Part shown: in pieces, positions 1-9,780 of the stretch
How positions within the stretch are numbered: position 1 is the first letter of the stretch
Layout: every line of letters starts with the position of its first letter
Position numbers and translations under genes: made by a program
Source of the DNA: Coriobacteriia bacterium
Lineage (GTDB): Bacteria > Actinomycetota > Coriobacteriia > Anaerosomatales > JAAXUF01
Direction: 5' to 3'
DNA length: 64,000 bases
Assembly: GCA_013336165.1 (NCBI GenBank)
Contig: JAAXUF010000008.1
Location: 8,743-72,742, forward strand
Notes under the pieces: model-generated
Seen by the model: only the letters and a program-made list of their open reading frames with translations
The model's database searches: none
What the model was told of the DNA's origin: nothing

Positions 1-2749
1 TCGCATGGCCGACCCGCAGCTGGCGCTCGATCTGCTGATGACGGACGATCCGGGGCGCGCGGAAGATCTCTCGCGCGAACTCGACGAGCTGAACCGCCTG
101 CGCCAGAACACCGAAGCCGACCTTGCGGCGGCTGCGACCGCGCTGGCCGAGCGGACCTACCGCGGCGAGCGCGCGCTCGTTTTAGCGGGCGAGGGTTGGC
201 ACGAAGGCGTCAAAGGCATCGTCGCCTCGCGACTTACGGCTCTCTATCACGTGCCCACGTTGTTGCTGACCGTTGCCGATGGCGAGGCGCGAGGAAGTGG
301 GCGCACCATCGGGCACGTCGATCTGTTCGCTGCGCTGACTTCGTGCGCCGACATTCTCACGCGTTTCGGCGGACACGCCGCGGCCGTGGGCTGCACCTTG
401 TCGGCGGAAGACGTCGACGAGCTGCGTCGGCGCTTGGTAGCCCACTTTGACACGCTGCCAGCTTCACAGTTCGAAACCTCGATGCACGCAGACGCCGAGA
501 TGGAGCTTGGCGACGTGAGTGTTGAGCTCGCGGCGGAGTTTGATTTGCTCGCCCCATTCGGACATGCAAACCCGGTCCCGCTCATGGTGAGCCGCGGGGT
601 CTTCATGAACGGCCGCCAGCGTGTGGGAAAGCTTGGCAACCACCTCAGGTTCACCGCCTTCGACGGTGCAGTGAGCGTGCCCGCAATCTCATTTCGATGT
701 GCCGAGATCGACGATCTCGTCGACCAAGACGGTGCGGTCGACTTGGCGTATGAGATAACCGCCGATCAGTGGCGAGGCCGAAACCGTGTGCAGCTTCGCG
801 TTCGCGATTTCGTCGTTCACGATGTCCCGGCGGATGCCCCGGCTCGCGAGCTGGTGGAGAGCCTCTTCGCGCAGGCCGATGCGATCCTGGCTCGCGAGGA
901 GTACGCGAACATCGAGGACGCGGACGCCTTTCACACGAAACTTGCGGGGGTGACCTTCGAAGGCAGGCAGGATGTTCTCGGCCGGGTCGTGCCGGGGATC
1001 CCCCTGCGTCTCGTGCGTCAACCCGAAAATCAGTTTGACTCGAATGCTTGTGCGCTTTTTGATCCACATGGCGATCAAGTCGGGTTCCTCAACCGTCGGC
1101 TTGCCGCCGCATTGGCGGCCACAATCGACAAGGGTGTCGGCTACGACGTCGAGGTCACGGAAGTCACCGGTGGCGAGGAAGGCCGCTCGTTGGGAGTCAA
1201 CGTGCTCGTCTCGCGCCGCGGGGCTGGCGGCGGGGCTGATGGTGAGGATGCCGTCGCCCAGAGGGCGTCACGCCGTGTGGAGCTGGCTGCGCTTCCTGCA
1301 GACGCTCTGGACCGGGAGCTCACAGAGCGCTTCATCGGCAATCGTAGTCTGCATGAGGCGCAGGTTCGCGCGCTTGCGCATTTGGCCGCCGGCGAGAACA
1401 CGCTCGCGGTGATGGCGACAGGTCGCGGCAAGTCGCTGATCTTCCACCTCCACGCGGCGCGAACCGCGCTGCGCGATGGGCGCGCGAGCATCTTCATCTT
1501 TCCGCTGCGCGCACTGGTCGCCGATCAGGCGTACCACCTCGAAGAAGTGTTCGCCGAGGTCGGCCTCGTCGTCCGCACGGTGACCGGCGAGAGTTCGCAG
1601 GGCGAGCGCGACGAGGCGTTCTCGGCGCTGGCCGAAGGCAGTCTCAACGTTGTGCTCACGACACCGGAGTTCCTGGACCTGTATGCGGGGAGATTCGCCC
1701 AAGGCGGGCGTGTCGGCTTCGTGGTCGTCGACGAGGCGCATCACGTCGGCATGTCGCGTGCAGGGAACCGGCCGGCGTACGCGCGGCTCGGTCTTGCGCT
1801 GGAGACGCTCGGGAGCCCGGTGGTGCTTGCGGTCACGGCAACCGCCGATGACGCGACTGCCACCGCAATCCGCTCCACACTGCACATTACCGCGACCGTG
1901 CTGGACCCGACGGTGCGCGACAACCTCGTGATCGAGGATCGCCGCGGTATCGCCGACAAGGATGGTTACCTTCTGGTGCTCGCGGCTAGGCCCGAGAAGA
2001 GTGTCATCTACGTGAACTCACGCGATCAGTCGGTCAAGCTCGCACGCATGCTGCGCAAACGGGTGCCAAGCGTGGCGATGCGCACGGCGTTCTACAATGG
2101 CGGCCTCGCGCGATCGGTGCGCCACGCCGTCGAGCACGCGTTTCGCGCGGGCGAGGTGTCGCTGGTGATCGCGACCAGCGCGTTCGGCGAGGGCGTCAAC
2201 ATCCCCGATATCCGAAACGTTGTCTTGTACCACCTGCCGTTCAATAGTGTTGAGTTCAACCAGATGTCGGGCCGCGCCGGGCGCGACGGCGCCGTCGCGC
2301 GCGTGCACCTGCTGTTCGGTCAGAAGGATGCGCGCATCAACGAGACCATCCTGTCCTCCTTGGCTCCGGCGCGCGATGACATGGTGGCGCTGTATGTGGT
2401 TCTGCGCGATCTGGGCGCTGCCGAGGGTGCCGGCTTCGAGATTACCAATGCTGAGCTTGCCGAGCGCTGTCGGAAGACGCGCAAGGGCTTTGCGCTCGAT
2501 GAGGGAGGTATTTCCTCGGCGCTGGGGATCTTCCGCGAGCTCGGGTTCGTGACCGGTGAGGGGCATGGGGCCTATCGGCGGCTCACGTTCGTGCCCGGCA
2601 CGGCAAAGGTCGACCTCGAGTCGAGCGTCAGATATGCCGAGGGAAAGGACGAGGTCGAAGAGTTCGGCAACTTCAAGGCGTGGGTGCTTGGAGCACAGGC
2701 CGATGAGCTGCTCGCACGCTTCAACCGGCCGATCCTGCCGAGAGAGTAG
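1..2749 (+). CDS. 5'-partial fusion protein: RecJ-like DHHA1 + RecJ OB-fold, a HIRAN domain, and a RecQ-family superfamily-2 helicase
   Basis: The reading frame is open to the window edge. The N-terminal part has the DHHA1 'FGGHAAAVG' (GGGH) motif and a RecJ C-terminal OB region (GHANPVPL). A HIRAN-like block follows (LAGVTFEGRQDVLGRVVPGIPLRLVRQPENQFDSNACALFD...GDQVGFL). The helicase part has motif I ATGRGKSLIFHL, motif II VVVDEAHHV, LAVTATAD, and the RecQ motif VI-like SGRAGRDG. Confidence 0.75.
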   Translation, partial: RMADPQLALDLLMTDDPGRAEDLSRELDELNRLRQNTEADLAAAATALAERTYRGERALVLAGEGWHEGVKGIVASRLTALYHVPTLLLTVADGEARGSGRTIGHVDLFAALTSCADILTRFGGHAAAVGCTLSAEDVDELRRRLVAHFDTLPASQFETSMHADAEMELGDVSVELAAEFDLLAPFGHANPVPLMVSRGVFMNGRQRVGKLGNHLRFTAFDGAVSVPAISFRCAEIDDLVDQDGAVDLAYEITADQWRGRNRVQLRVRDFVVHDVPADAPARELVESLFAQADAILAREEYANIEDADAFHTKLAGVTFEGRQDVLGRVVPGIPLRLVRQPENQFDSNACALFDPHGDQVGFLNRRLAAALAATIDKGVGYDVEVTEVTGGEEGRSLGVNVLVSRRGAGGGADGEDAVAQRASRRVELAALPADALDRELTERFIGNRSLHEAQVRALAHLAAGENTLAVMATGRGKSLIFHLHAARTALRDGRASIFIFPLRALVADQAYHLEEVFAEVGLVVRTVTGESSQGERDEAFSALAEGSLNVVLTTPEFLDLYAGRFAQGGRVGFVVVDEAHHVGMSRAGNRPAYARLGLALETLGSPVVLAVTATADDATATAIRSTLHITATVLDPTVRDNLVIEDRRGIADKDGYLLVLAARPEKSVIYVNSRDQSVKLARMLRKRVPSVAMRTAFYNGGLARSVRHAVEHAFRAGEVSLVIATSAFGEGVNIPDIRNVVLYHLPFNSVEFNQMSGRAGRDGAVARVHLLFGQKDARINETILSSLAPARDDMVALYVVLRDLGAAEGAGFEITNAELAERCRKTRKGFALDEGGISSALGIFRELGFVTGEGHGAYRRLTFVPGTAKVDLESSVRYAEGKDEVEEFGNFKAWVLGAQADELLARFNRPILPRE

Positions 2750-2856
2750 ACGTGCGTCGGTATCCTTGATGCTGTACTCGAGTCTGTGGGCACGTACAAT
2801 ACGATGATGAGCCAGCGCCTTTAAGGCGAACGGGATGCGTTTCTCGAAAGGATCCG

Positions 2857-5079
2857 ATGTCGGCAACGCTCGAACAGATTGAGACAAAGGTCAAGGCATA
2901 CAACCCTGCCGCAGACCTCACAGGGCTGGACAAGGCGTTTGCCTTCGCTACGCGAGCTCATGAAGGTCAGAGCCGCAAGAGCGGTGAACCTTTCATCGGA
3001 CATCCCCTCGAAGTCACGCTTGTTCTCGCCGAGCTGCATATGGACACGACCACGCTCGTAGCTTCGCTTCTGCATGATGTCGTTGAGGACTCTGACGTTA
3101 CACTCGAGGCAGTCCGCGACGAGTTTGGCAACGAAGTCGCAGAGCTCGTCGACGGCGTCACGAAGTTGGGCCGAATCGAGTTCGAATCGCTTTCCGAGGC
3201 GCAGAGCAACAACCTGCGCAAGATGCTCATAGCGATGGCGAAGGACATCCGCGTCATCATCATCAAGCTCGCTGACCGGCTGCACAACATGCGAACCCTA
3301 GCGGCGCTGCCCGAGGACCGCCGCATCGAGAAGGCGCGCGAGACCATCGAGATCTACGCGCCGCTCGCACACAGGCTCGGGATATCGAGTATCAAGTGGG
3401 AGCTTGAGGATCTCGCGTTCTACTACCTTGAGCCGCACAAGTTCCACCAGGTTTCGCGAATGGTGGCCGAGAGCCGCAAGGCCCGCGAGGACTACACGAT
3501 CAAGGTCATCGGCCAGCTGACGGAGGAACTTGCCGCGATCGGGATCAAGGCGAAGATATCGGGGCGGCCCAAGCATCTCTACAGCGTCTATCAGAAGATG
3601 AGCCAGAAGGGCCGTGACTTCAACGAGATCTACGACCTCATCGCCCTGCGCGTGATCGTCGACTCGGTCAAGGATGTCTACGGGGCTCTCGGCACGGTTC
3701 ACTCGATCTGGAAGCCGGTGCCCGGCCGCTTCAAAGACTACGTCGCGATGCCAAAATTCAACATGTACCAGTCCCTGCACACGACAGTCATAGGCCCGTC
3801 GGGCGCGCCGCTGGAGATACAGATCCGCTCGGAAGAGATGCACCGCATGGCCGAGTACGGCGTGGCGGCGCACTGGCGCTATAAGGAGGGCTCGCGAGGG
3901 GAGGACGCGTTCGATGAGCGTCTCGCATGGTTGCGTCAGATGCTCGAGTGGCAGACCGAGCTCAAAGACCCGCGCGAGTTCATGGAAGCTCTCAAGATCG
4001 ACCTGTTCGAAGAGGAGGTCTTCGTCTTCACTCCTAAGGGCGACGTCATATCGCTCAAGCGCGGTTCAACCCCCATCGACTTCGCCTACATGATCCACAC
4101 GGAGGTCGGGAACCATTGCGTGGGCGCGAAGGTCAACGGTTCGATCGTACCTCTCGGCTACGAACTGCAGATGGGCGACCGCGTCGACATCCTCACCAAC
4201 AAGAATGCCAACCCTTCGCGCGACTGGCTCAACATCGTCAAGACCTCCTCGGCGCGATCGAAGATACGCAACCACCTAGCCAAGGCCACTCGTGAAGACG
4301 ATCTCGTCCGCGGGCGTGACGAGCTCGCAAAGGTGATGCGCAAGCACGGTCTGGGAATCGGCAGCAAGACCGCCGAGAAGGCCGCGGACGCCGTTGCGGT
4401 CGAGCTGAACTTCACGGCCGCAGAGGACGTGTTCGCAGGAATCGGCGCCGGCAAGGTTTCGGCGCAGATGGTCGCGACCAAGCTCCTCAAGCTCATGGCC
4501 AAGGACGGTGAGGCCGAGAAGCCTGAGTCCAAGACGCCCGAGTTCACACTCGCCATGCCGATGACGCCGCCGCGCGGCAAGCGCACCAAACCTGCCGGCG
4601 GCGTGAAGGTCAAGGGCATCGACGACGTCCTTGTGCGCCTCGCGCGGTGCTGCACCCCGGTGCCCGGTGACGCGATCATCGGCTTCGTGACGCGCGGGCG
4701 CGGCCTGTCCGTCCACCGCCGCGACTGCCCCAACGCCGCCGAGCTCCTGAGCACGCCCGAGCGCATCATCGAAGTCGAATGGGACACCGGCACATCGACG
4801 ACCTTCCAGGTCGAGATATTCGTCGAGGCGATGGATCGGCTACGTCTCCTGCAGGACGTCACCTCGGCCCTCGCCGAGCAGGGCGTCAACATCCTCTCGT
4901 CATCTACCACCACGCACCGCGACGGAACGGTGGACATGCGCTATCTGTTCGAGATCGGCGACCTGTCACGGCTGGACTCCGTATTGGGAGAGGTGCGCCG
5001 CACGGAAGGCGTATTCGAGGCGCGACGCATGCAGCCCGGAGAGGCGAGCCAGCGTAAGCGGGGAGGAGACCACAGATGA
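2857..5079 (+). CDS. rel: Bifunctional (p)ppGpp synthetase/hydrolase Rel (HD + RelA/SpoT + TGS + ACT)
   Basis: 740 aa. An HD hydrolase region (HDVVEDS) is followed by a synthetase region (RPKHLYSVYQKM, DLIALRVIV), TGS (FTPKGDVISL) and a C-terminal ACT domain. Confidence 0.95.
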   Translation: MSATLEQIETKVKAYNPAADLTGLDKAFAFATRAHEGQSRKSGEPFIGHPLEVTLVLAELHMDTTTLVASLLHDVVEDSDVTLEAVRDEFGNEVAELVDGVTKLGRIEFESLSEAQSNNLRKMLIAMAKDIRVIIIKLADRLHNMRTLAALPEDRRIEKARETIEIYAPLAHRLGISSIKWELEDLAFYYLEPHKFHQVSRMVAESRKAREDYTIKVIGQLTEELAAIGIKAKISGRPKHLYSVYQKMSQKGRDFNEIYDLIALRVIVDSVKDVYGALGTVHSIWKPVPGRFKDYVAMPKFNMYQSLHTTVIGPSGAPLEIQIRSEEMHRMAEYGVAAHWRYKEGSRGEDAFDERLAWLRQMLEWQTELKDPREFMEALKIDLFEEEVFVFTPKGDVISLKRGSTPIDFAYMIHTEVGNHCVGAKVNGSIVPLGYELQMGDRVDILTNKNANPSRDWLNIVKTSSARSKIRNHLAKATREDDLVRGRDELAKVMRKHGLGIGSKTAEKAADAVAVELNFTAAEDVFAGIGAGKVSAQMVATKLLKLMAKDGEAEKPESKTPEFTLAMPMTPPRGKRTKPAGGVKVKGIDDVLVRLARCCTPVPGDAIIGFVTRGRGLSVHRRDCPNAAELLSTPERIIEVEWDTGTSTTFQVEIFVEAMDRLRLLQDVTSALAEQGVNILSSSTTTHRDGTVDMRYLFEIGDLSRLDSVLGEVRRTEGVFEARRMQPGEASQRKRGGDHR

Positions 5080-5714
5080 GAGTGGACCGCATCGTGCTCG
5101 GCCCGCTTGAGGCGAACTGTTGGGTTGTCTCCGACGACGCAGGCGGTCCTGCGTTAGTGATCGATCCGGCGGGGGACGCGGAGCGTGTACTCGAGGTACT
5201 CGACGGCCGTTCGGTAGCCGCAATCGTGCTCACGCACGGGCATTTCGACCACCTCGGCGGTGTCGAGGCGCTGATTGCGGCGACTGGCGCTGCGCTCATG
5301 GTGCATGAGCTCGATGCAGTGGACAGCATGTCGTCTCAGAAGAACCTGGCTACGATGCTCGGCTACCACTGTGTCGCCCCTGTCGCCGATAGACTCCTCT
5401 GTGAGGGGGACTCCATCGCTGCAGGTGAACTTCTGTTCACCGTGCTTCATACGCCAGGCCACACTCCTGGCGGGATTTGCCTCTTCGCCGAGGATCCGGC
5501 AGGGGGTGCGCCGCAGCTGTTCTCGGGCGATACGCTGTTCGCCGGCAGCGTCGGGCGTAGCGACTTTGGGGGCGGTGACGGACGCGCGCTGTCGCATTCG
5601 ATCGCGGCGAAGCTTGCGCCGCTTCCTGGCGAGACGGTCGTGCATCCCGGTCACGGTCCGAACACCACCATCAGCCGCGAACGGCAGCTCAACCAGTTCT
5701 TCCCGAGGGCTTAG
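5076..5714 (+). CDS. MBL-fold metallo-hydrolase (glyoxalase II-like)
   Basis: Contains the HGHFDHLGG metal-binding motif and LHTPGHTPG. Its start overlaps the rel stop (ATGA). Confidence 0.8.
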   Translation: MRVDRIVLGPLEANCWVVSDDAGGPALVIDPAGDAERVLEVLDGRSVAAIVLTHGHFDHLGGVEALIAATGAALMVHELDAVDSMSSQKNLATMLGYHCVAPVADRLLCEGDSIAAGELLFTVLHTPGHTPGGICLFAEDPAGGAPQLFSGDTLFAGSVGRSDFGGGDGRALSHSIAAKLAPLPGETVVHPGHGPNTTISRERQLNQFFPRA

Positions 5715-5816
5715 GCGTATCCCGAACTGGTGTCCCGCGGTTTCTGCCACGCCGTCCCATGCTATAGTCATCACCTGCAGATCCGCTTTTCGACGAGGGG
5801 TTCAAGAGAAACCGCC

Positions 5817-7109
5817 ATGGCTTCGCCGATCAATGCACGCGCACCCAAAGGCACCGCCGACATGCTCCCGCAGACCGCCAAAGTCTGGGAGCATTTGACG
5901 CGCACCGCCCAGGAACTGTTCGCCCGCTATGGCTACGAACCCATCTACACACCTGCATTCGAGCACACCGAGGTCTTCACGCGCGGTATCGGCGAGGCTA
6001 CAGACATCGTCTCCAAGGAGATGTACACCTTCACCGACCGCTCTGAGCGCTCCCTGACACTGCGTCCCGAGAACACCGCCAGCGTGGTTCGCTCGGCGCT
6101 GGAGCACAGTCTTGCGGGGACGGGCAGCCCAGCGCTCAAGGTCTACTACGCCGGCCCGATGTTTCGCTACGAACGCCCACAGAAGGGCCGCATGCGGCAG
6201 TTCTGGCAGATCGGCGTCGAGCAGATCGGCTCGGCAGAGCCCACGGCGGACGCGGAAGTCATCGCACTGTTGTGGCGATTCTTCGAGGCTGTCGGCGTTC
6301 CGGTCGCGAACATGCGGCTTCTGCTCAACTCGATGGGCGATGAGAACTGCCGCCCGGCATACCGCGACAAGATCGCGGGCTTCATTCGCGATCACTCCGC
6401 CGACCTGTGCGAAGAGTGCAACCGCCGAGCCGACACCAACCCGTTGCGCGCATTCGACTGCAAGAATCCCGGGTGCGCGGCGATCATGGCCGAGGCACCC
6501 AAGCTGGTCGATGAGCTTTGCGATGACTGTCGCTCGCACTACGCGGCCGTCAAGCTGCTGCTGGATGGTCTCGGCATCCCGTACGTCGAGGACCCGTCGC
6601 TAGTGCGCGGCCTCGACTACTACACCCGCACCGTGTTCGAGGTGCAGGTCGATGCCGGGCTTGGCAGCCAGAACGCTATTGGCGGAGGCGGCCGATACGA
6701 CCGCCTGATGCAGGAGTATGGCGGTCCGGCGACGCCTGGCCTCGGCTTCGCGCTTGGTTTCGAGCGCACGCTGCTTGCGTTGCAGGCCGCGGGTGTCGAG
6801 TCCGCGAGCCTCCCGCTCGCCGAGGTCTATGTCGCCAAGGTCGATGATTCCGTGACGGCTGCGGCGTTCGCGCTTGTCTCGGCGTTGCGCGATGCGGGTC
6901 TTGCCGCCGAGATGGACCATCAGGGGCGCTCGCTCAAGTCGCAGTTCAAGCAGGCGGACCGGCTCGGTGCGAAGTTCGTGGCGATTCTTGGCCCCGACGA
7001 GTTCGCGGCGGGCGAAGTGACGGTGCGTAACATGGGAACGAAGGAAGAGATACGCGTTTCGCTTGGGGACGTTGCCGGCACCGTCGGCGGGCTCCTCGAA
7101 GCACGTTAG
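5817..7109 (+). CDS. hisS: Histidine--tRNA ligase
   Basis: Class II aaRS HisRS motifs are present (MFRYERPQKGRMRQFWQ, GGGGRYDRL) with a C-terminal anticodon-binding domain. The start is chosen at MASPINARAP inside the longer ORF. Confidence 0.93.
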   Translation: MASPINARAPKGTADMLPQTAKVWEHLTRTAQELFARYGYEPIYTPAFEHTEVFTRGIGEATDIVSKEMYTFTDRSERSLTLRPENTASVVRSALEHSLAGTGSPALKVYYAGPMFRYERPQKGRMRQFWQIGVEQIGSAEPTADAEVIALLWRFFEAVGVPVANMRLLLNSMGDENCRPAYRDKIAGFIRDHSADLCEECNRRADTNPLRAFDCKNPGCAAIMAEAPKLVDELCDDCRSHYAAVKLLLDGLGIPYVEDPSLVRGLDYYTRTVFEVQVDAGLGSQNAIGGGGRYDRLMQEYGGPATPGLGFALGFERTLLALQAAGVESASLPLAEVYVAKVDDSVTAAAFALVSALRDAGLAAEMDHQGRSLKSQFKQADRLGAKFVAILGPDEFAAGEVTVRNMGTKEEIRVSLGDVAGTVGGLLEAR

Positions 7110-7158
7110 TTCTCCAAGTGGCGCCGTGGCGCCCGTGAACCGGAAGGCCTGAAAAGCG

Positions 7159-8928
7159 ATGTTCGACGCTCGATACTCAATGCGCTCTCACGTGTGCGGC
7201 TCTGTGACGGCGGCACTTGTCGGCAAAGAAGTCCGGATCTGCGGATGGGTGGCCAAGCGCCGCGACCACGGTGGGCTGATCTTCATCGACGTGCGCGATC
7301 GGAGTGGGATCGTGCAGTGCACGTTTGATCCCGAGGGCTCGCGCGAGGCGTTCATCGTCGCCGAGGCTGTGCGCCCCGAATGGGTCGTCGAGCTCAGTGG
7401 CGTTGTGCGCCGCCGTCCCGAGGGGACCGTGAATGCGAACATGCCGACGGGCGAGGTCGAGGTCGCGATCACCGGCGCTCGCGTGCTCAACCAGAGCGTG
7501 ACGCCACCCTTCGAGATCGAGGCCGGCATAGACACGGACGAACTCACGCGCCTGAAGTGGCGTTATCTCGATATCCGCCGCCCCGAGGTCCTCTCGGCGC
7601 TGGTGTTACGCGATCGAGTGACGCAGAGATTCCGCAAGTCACTCGAGCACAAAGGCTTCATGGAGGTCGAGACGCCGATTCTGGGTCGCTCGACGCCGGA
7701 AGGCGCGCGCGATTTCATCGTGCCGAGCCGGCTTTCCCCGGGCAAGTTCTACGCGTTGCCGCAGTCGCCGCAGCTCTTCAAGCAGCTGCTGATGGTCGGC
7801 GGCATCGAGCGCTACTACCAGATAGCGCGCTGCTTCCGCGATGAGGACTTGCGCGCCGACCGCCAGCCCGAGTTCACGCAAGTCGACATCGAGATGTCGT
7901 TCGTCGGGCAGGAAGACGTCCTGGTGATGATGGAGGACACCATGCGCGACGTCATGGCCGAGGCCGGCGTCGACCTGCAGATACCGCTGCCGAGGATCAC
8001 GTGGCATGAGTCGATAGAGCGCTACGGTTGCGACCGTCCGGACGTGCGCTTCGGCCTCGAGTTGGTTGACGTGTCGCCGGTGTTCTCGGCAAGCGAGTTC
8101 AAGGTGTTCGCGGGGGCGCTTTCCGGCGGGGGAGCGATCAAGGCGATCAACGCCAAGGGCGCGGGCGATTGGAGCCGCGGCAAGATCGACGCGCTCAATC
8201 AGGCCGCTATCGACGCGGGCGCCAAGGGTCTCGCGTGGGTCGCGTTCACGACCGGAGGCGACGTGAAGAGCCCGGTCGCGAAATTCTTCACCGAGGCCGA
8301 GATGACCGGACTGCGCGAGACGCTGGCCGTTGAGCCGGGCGATCTCGTGGTCATGGTCGCCGATGCGCGCAAGGTCGCAAACGACGTTCTCGGCGTGCTG
8401 CGGTTGAAGCTCGCCGATGAGCTCGGCATCGAGCGCAAGGGTTTTGCGACGCTGTGGGTGCTCGGCTTCCCGCTGTTCACGTGGGACGACGAGCTGGACC
8501 GCTGGGACGCGAGTCACAACCCCTTCATGCTCCCGTACGCCGAGCACGTCGACTCACTCGAGGAGTCGCCGGGTTCAGCGCTGGGCTACAGCTACGACCT
8601 CGTGATGAACGGCTACGAGATCGGCGGCGGCACGCTGCGTATTCCGAACTCCGAGCTGCAGATGCGCATCTTCAAGATCATCGGCCTGTCCCACGAGGAG
8701 GCCCGCGAGCAGTTCGGCTTCCTGCTCGACGCGCTCTCGTTCGGTGCACCCCCTCACGGCGGGATCGCGCTAGGCCTCGACCGACTGATCATGCTGCTCA
8801 ACGGTTCGCACTCGATCCGCGATGTCATCGCCTTCCCGAAGACCTCCTCGGGCGGCGACCCGATGACGCTGGCGCCGGATGTGGTTTCGGCGAGGCAGCT
8901 CAAAGACGTGCGCCTGCGGGTCGACTAG
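7159..8928 (+). CDS. aspS: Aspartate--tRNA ligase
   Basis: An N-terminal OB fold is followed by a class II core (FYALPQSPQLFKQLLM, RCFRDEDLRADRQPEFTQ) and the C-terminal motif GGIALGLDRLIMLL. The start may instead be the M at 7180. Confidence 0.93.
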   Translation: MFDARYSMRSHVCGSVTAALVGKEVRICGWVAKRRDHGGLIFIDVRDRSGIVQCTFDPEGSREAFIVAEAVRPEWVVELSGVVRRRPEGTVNANMPTGEVEVAITGARVLNQSVTPPFEIEAGIDTDELTRLKWRYLDIRRPEVLSALVLRDRVTQRFRKSLEHKGFMEVETPILGRSTPEGARDFIVPSRLSPGKFYALPQSPQLFKQLLMVGGIERYYQIARCFRDEDLRADRQPEFTQVDIEMSFVGQEDVLVMMEDTMRDVMAEAGVDLQIPLPRITWHESIERYGCDRPDVRFGLELVDVSPVFSASEFKVFAGALSGGGAIKAINAKGAGDWSRGKIDALNQAAIDAGAKGLAWVAFTTGGDVKSPVAKFFTEAEMTGLRETLAVEPGDLVVMVADARKVANDVLGVLRLKLADELGIERKGFATLWVLGFPLFTWDDELDRWDASHNPFMLPYAEHVDSLEESPGSALGYSYDLVMNGYEIGGGTLRIPNSELQMRIFKIIGLSHEEAREQFGFLLDALSFGAPPHGGIALGLDRLIMLLNGSHSIRDVIAFPKTSSGGDPMTLAPDVVSARQLKDVRLRVD

Positions 8929-9208
8929 CCACGGCCTTTCGCGACCGTTTGTCCGGTGTGATGTTGGCGCGCAACGCTGTGGGGTTTACACTAACGATAG
9001 GCTCCGCCTTGTTCGTGGCTTGGCGCATACGGTCGAACCAATACTTCTCTATCGGGAGCTTCATATCCTGAGGCGGGAAGGTATCCTTTCCTGATGGAAG
9101 GGAAGCTTCTTTTAGCCGATGTGCGAGCACCCACCTGCTAAGGCAGGTTCACCTTGTCAGGCCACGAACAAGACGAAGCAACCGGTATTCTTTGAGGGAG
9201 GACATCCG

Positions 9209-9769
9209 ATGCGCAGACTCGTCGCCGTACTCGCCCTTGCGTCGTTGACGCTTGCGGTTGTCGGCTGCACCAGCACGCCGACGTCGACGGCCACCACACC
9301 TGCAGCGACCGCTGCGCCGGTCGTGACGGCATCCGCAACCCCCAAAATCTCGGGATCGGGTTCGATATTCGTGCCGCTCCCCAAGGGCGACTTCATCTCC
9401 GCCGACCTCCAGAAGTCACTGGATGCCAAGCATGCGGTGCTCATCTACTTCTACAACTCCAAGCAAGACACGAGCACTGAGAGCCGCAAGATCATCGATT
9501 CGGTTCTCGCCGCGAATGCCGGATTGGTCGATGTCGTCACCTACGACATCAGCAAGTATGCGACCTGGAGCGGTGGGGTCGTCACAATCGATCCGGCATA
9601 CGCCAGCGACAAGGCCGCTGTTGCGGCGGTCGGTCTGACTCGAGCGCTTGGCGTGACGTTCATCCCCGCGACCATCGTGATCGACAAGCAGGGCTACGTG
9701 ACCTACGCGCGAGAGGGTCTCATCGACCGCGAGTTCCTCACACGCGAGATCTTCCGCGCGGCTAAGTAG
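9209..9769 (+). CDS. Lipoprotein with a thioredoxin-like fold (no CxxC)
   Basis: Has a lipoprotein signal peptide (MRRLVAVLALASLTLAVVGC) and a T/A-rich linker. The region HAVLIYFYNS...VTFIPATIVIDKQG resembles a TlpA/thioredoxin fold but has no catalytic cysteines. Confidence 0.5.
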   Translation: MRRLVAVLALASLTLAVVGCTSTPTSTATTPAATAAPVVTASATPKISGSGSIFVPLPKGDFISADLQKSLDAKHAVLIYFYNSKQDTSTESRKIIDSVLAANAGLVDVVTYDISKYATWSGGVVTIDPAYASDKAAVAAVGLTRALGVTFIPATIVIDKQGYVTYAREGLIDREFLTREIFRAAK

Positions 9770-9780
9770 TAAGACGGCCT

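Noticed and set aside
2761-2806. Candidate sigma-70 promoter for rel (TTGATG ... TACAAT)
   Set aside because: The spacer between the candidate -35 and -10 hexamers is about 23 nt, too long for a canonical promoter. Not called.
4158-4937. 259-aa antisense ORF inside rel, and the similar antisense ORFs inside dxs (48055..49281), recN, alaS and the first gene (182..1885 region)
   Set aside because: These are high-GC antisense frame artefacts. Each is fully contained in a gene with strong motif-level homology on the opposite strand.
5730-5816. N-terminal extension of the hisS ORF (MSRGFCHAVPCYSHH...)
   Set aside because: The sequence is not HisRS-like. The conserved N-terminus begins at MASPINARAP (5817), so the extension is upstream open frame only.
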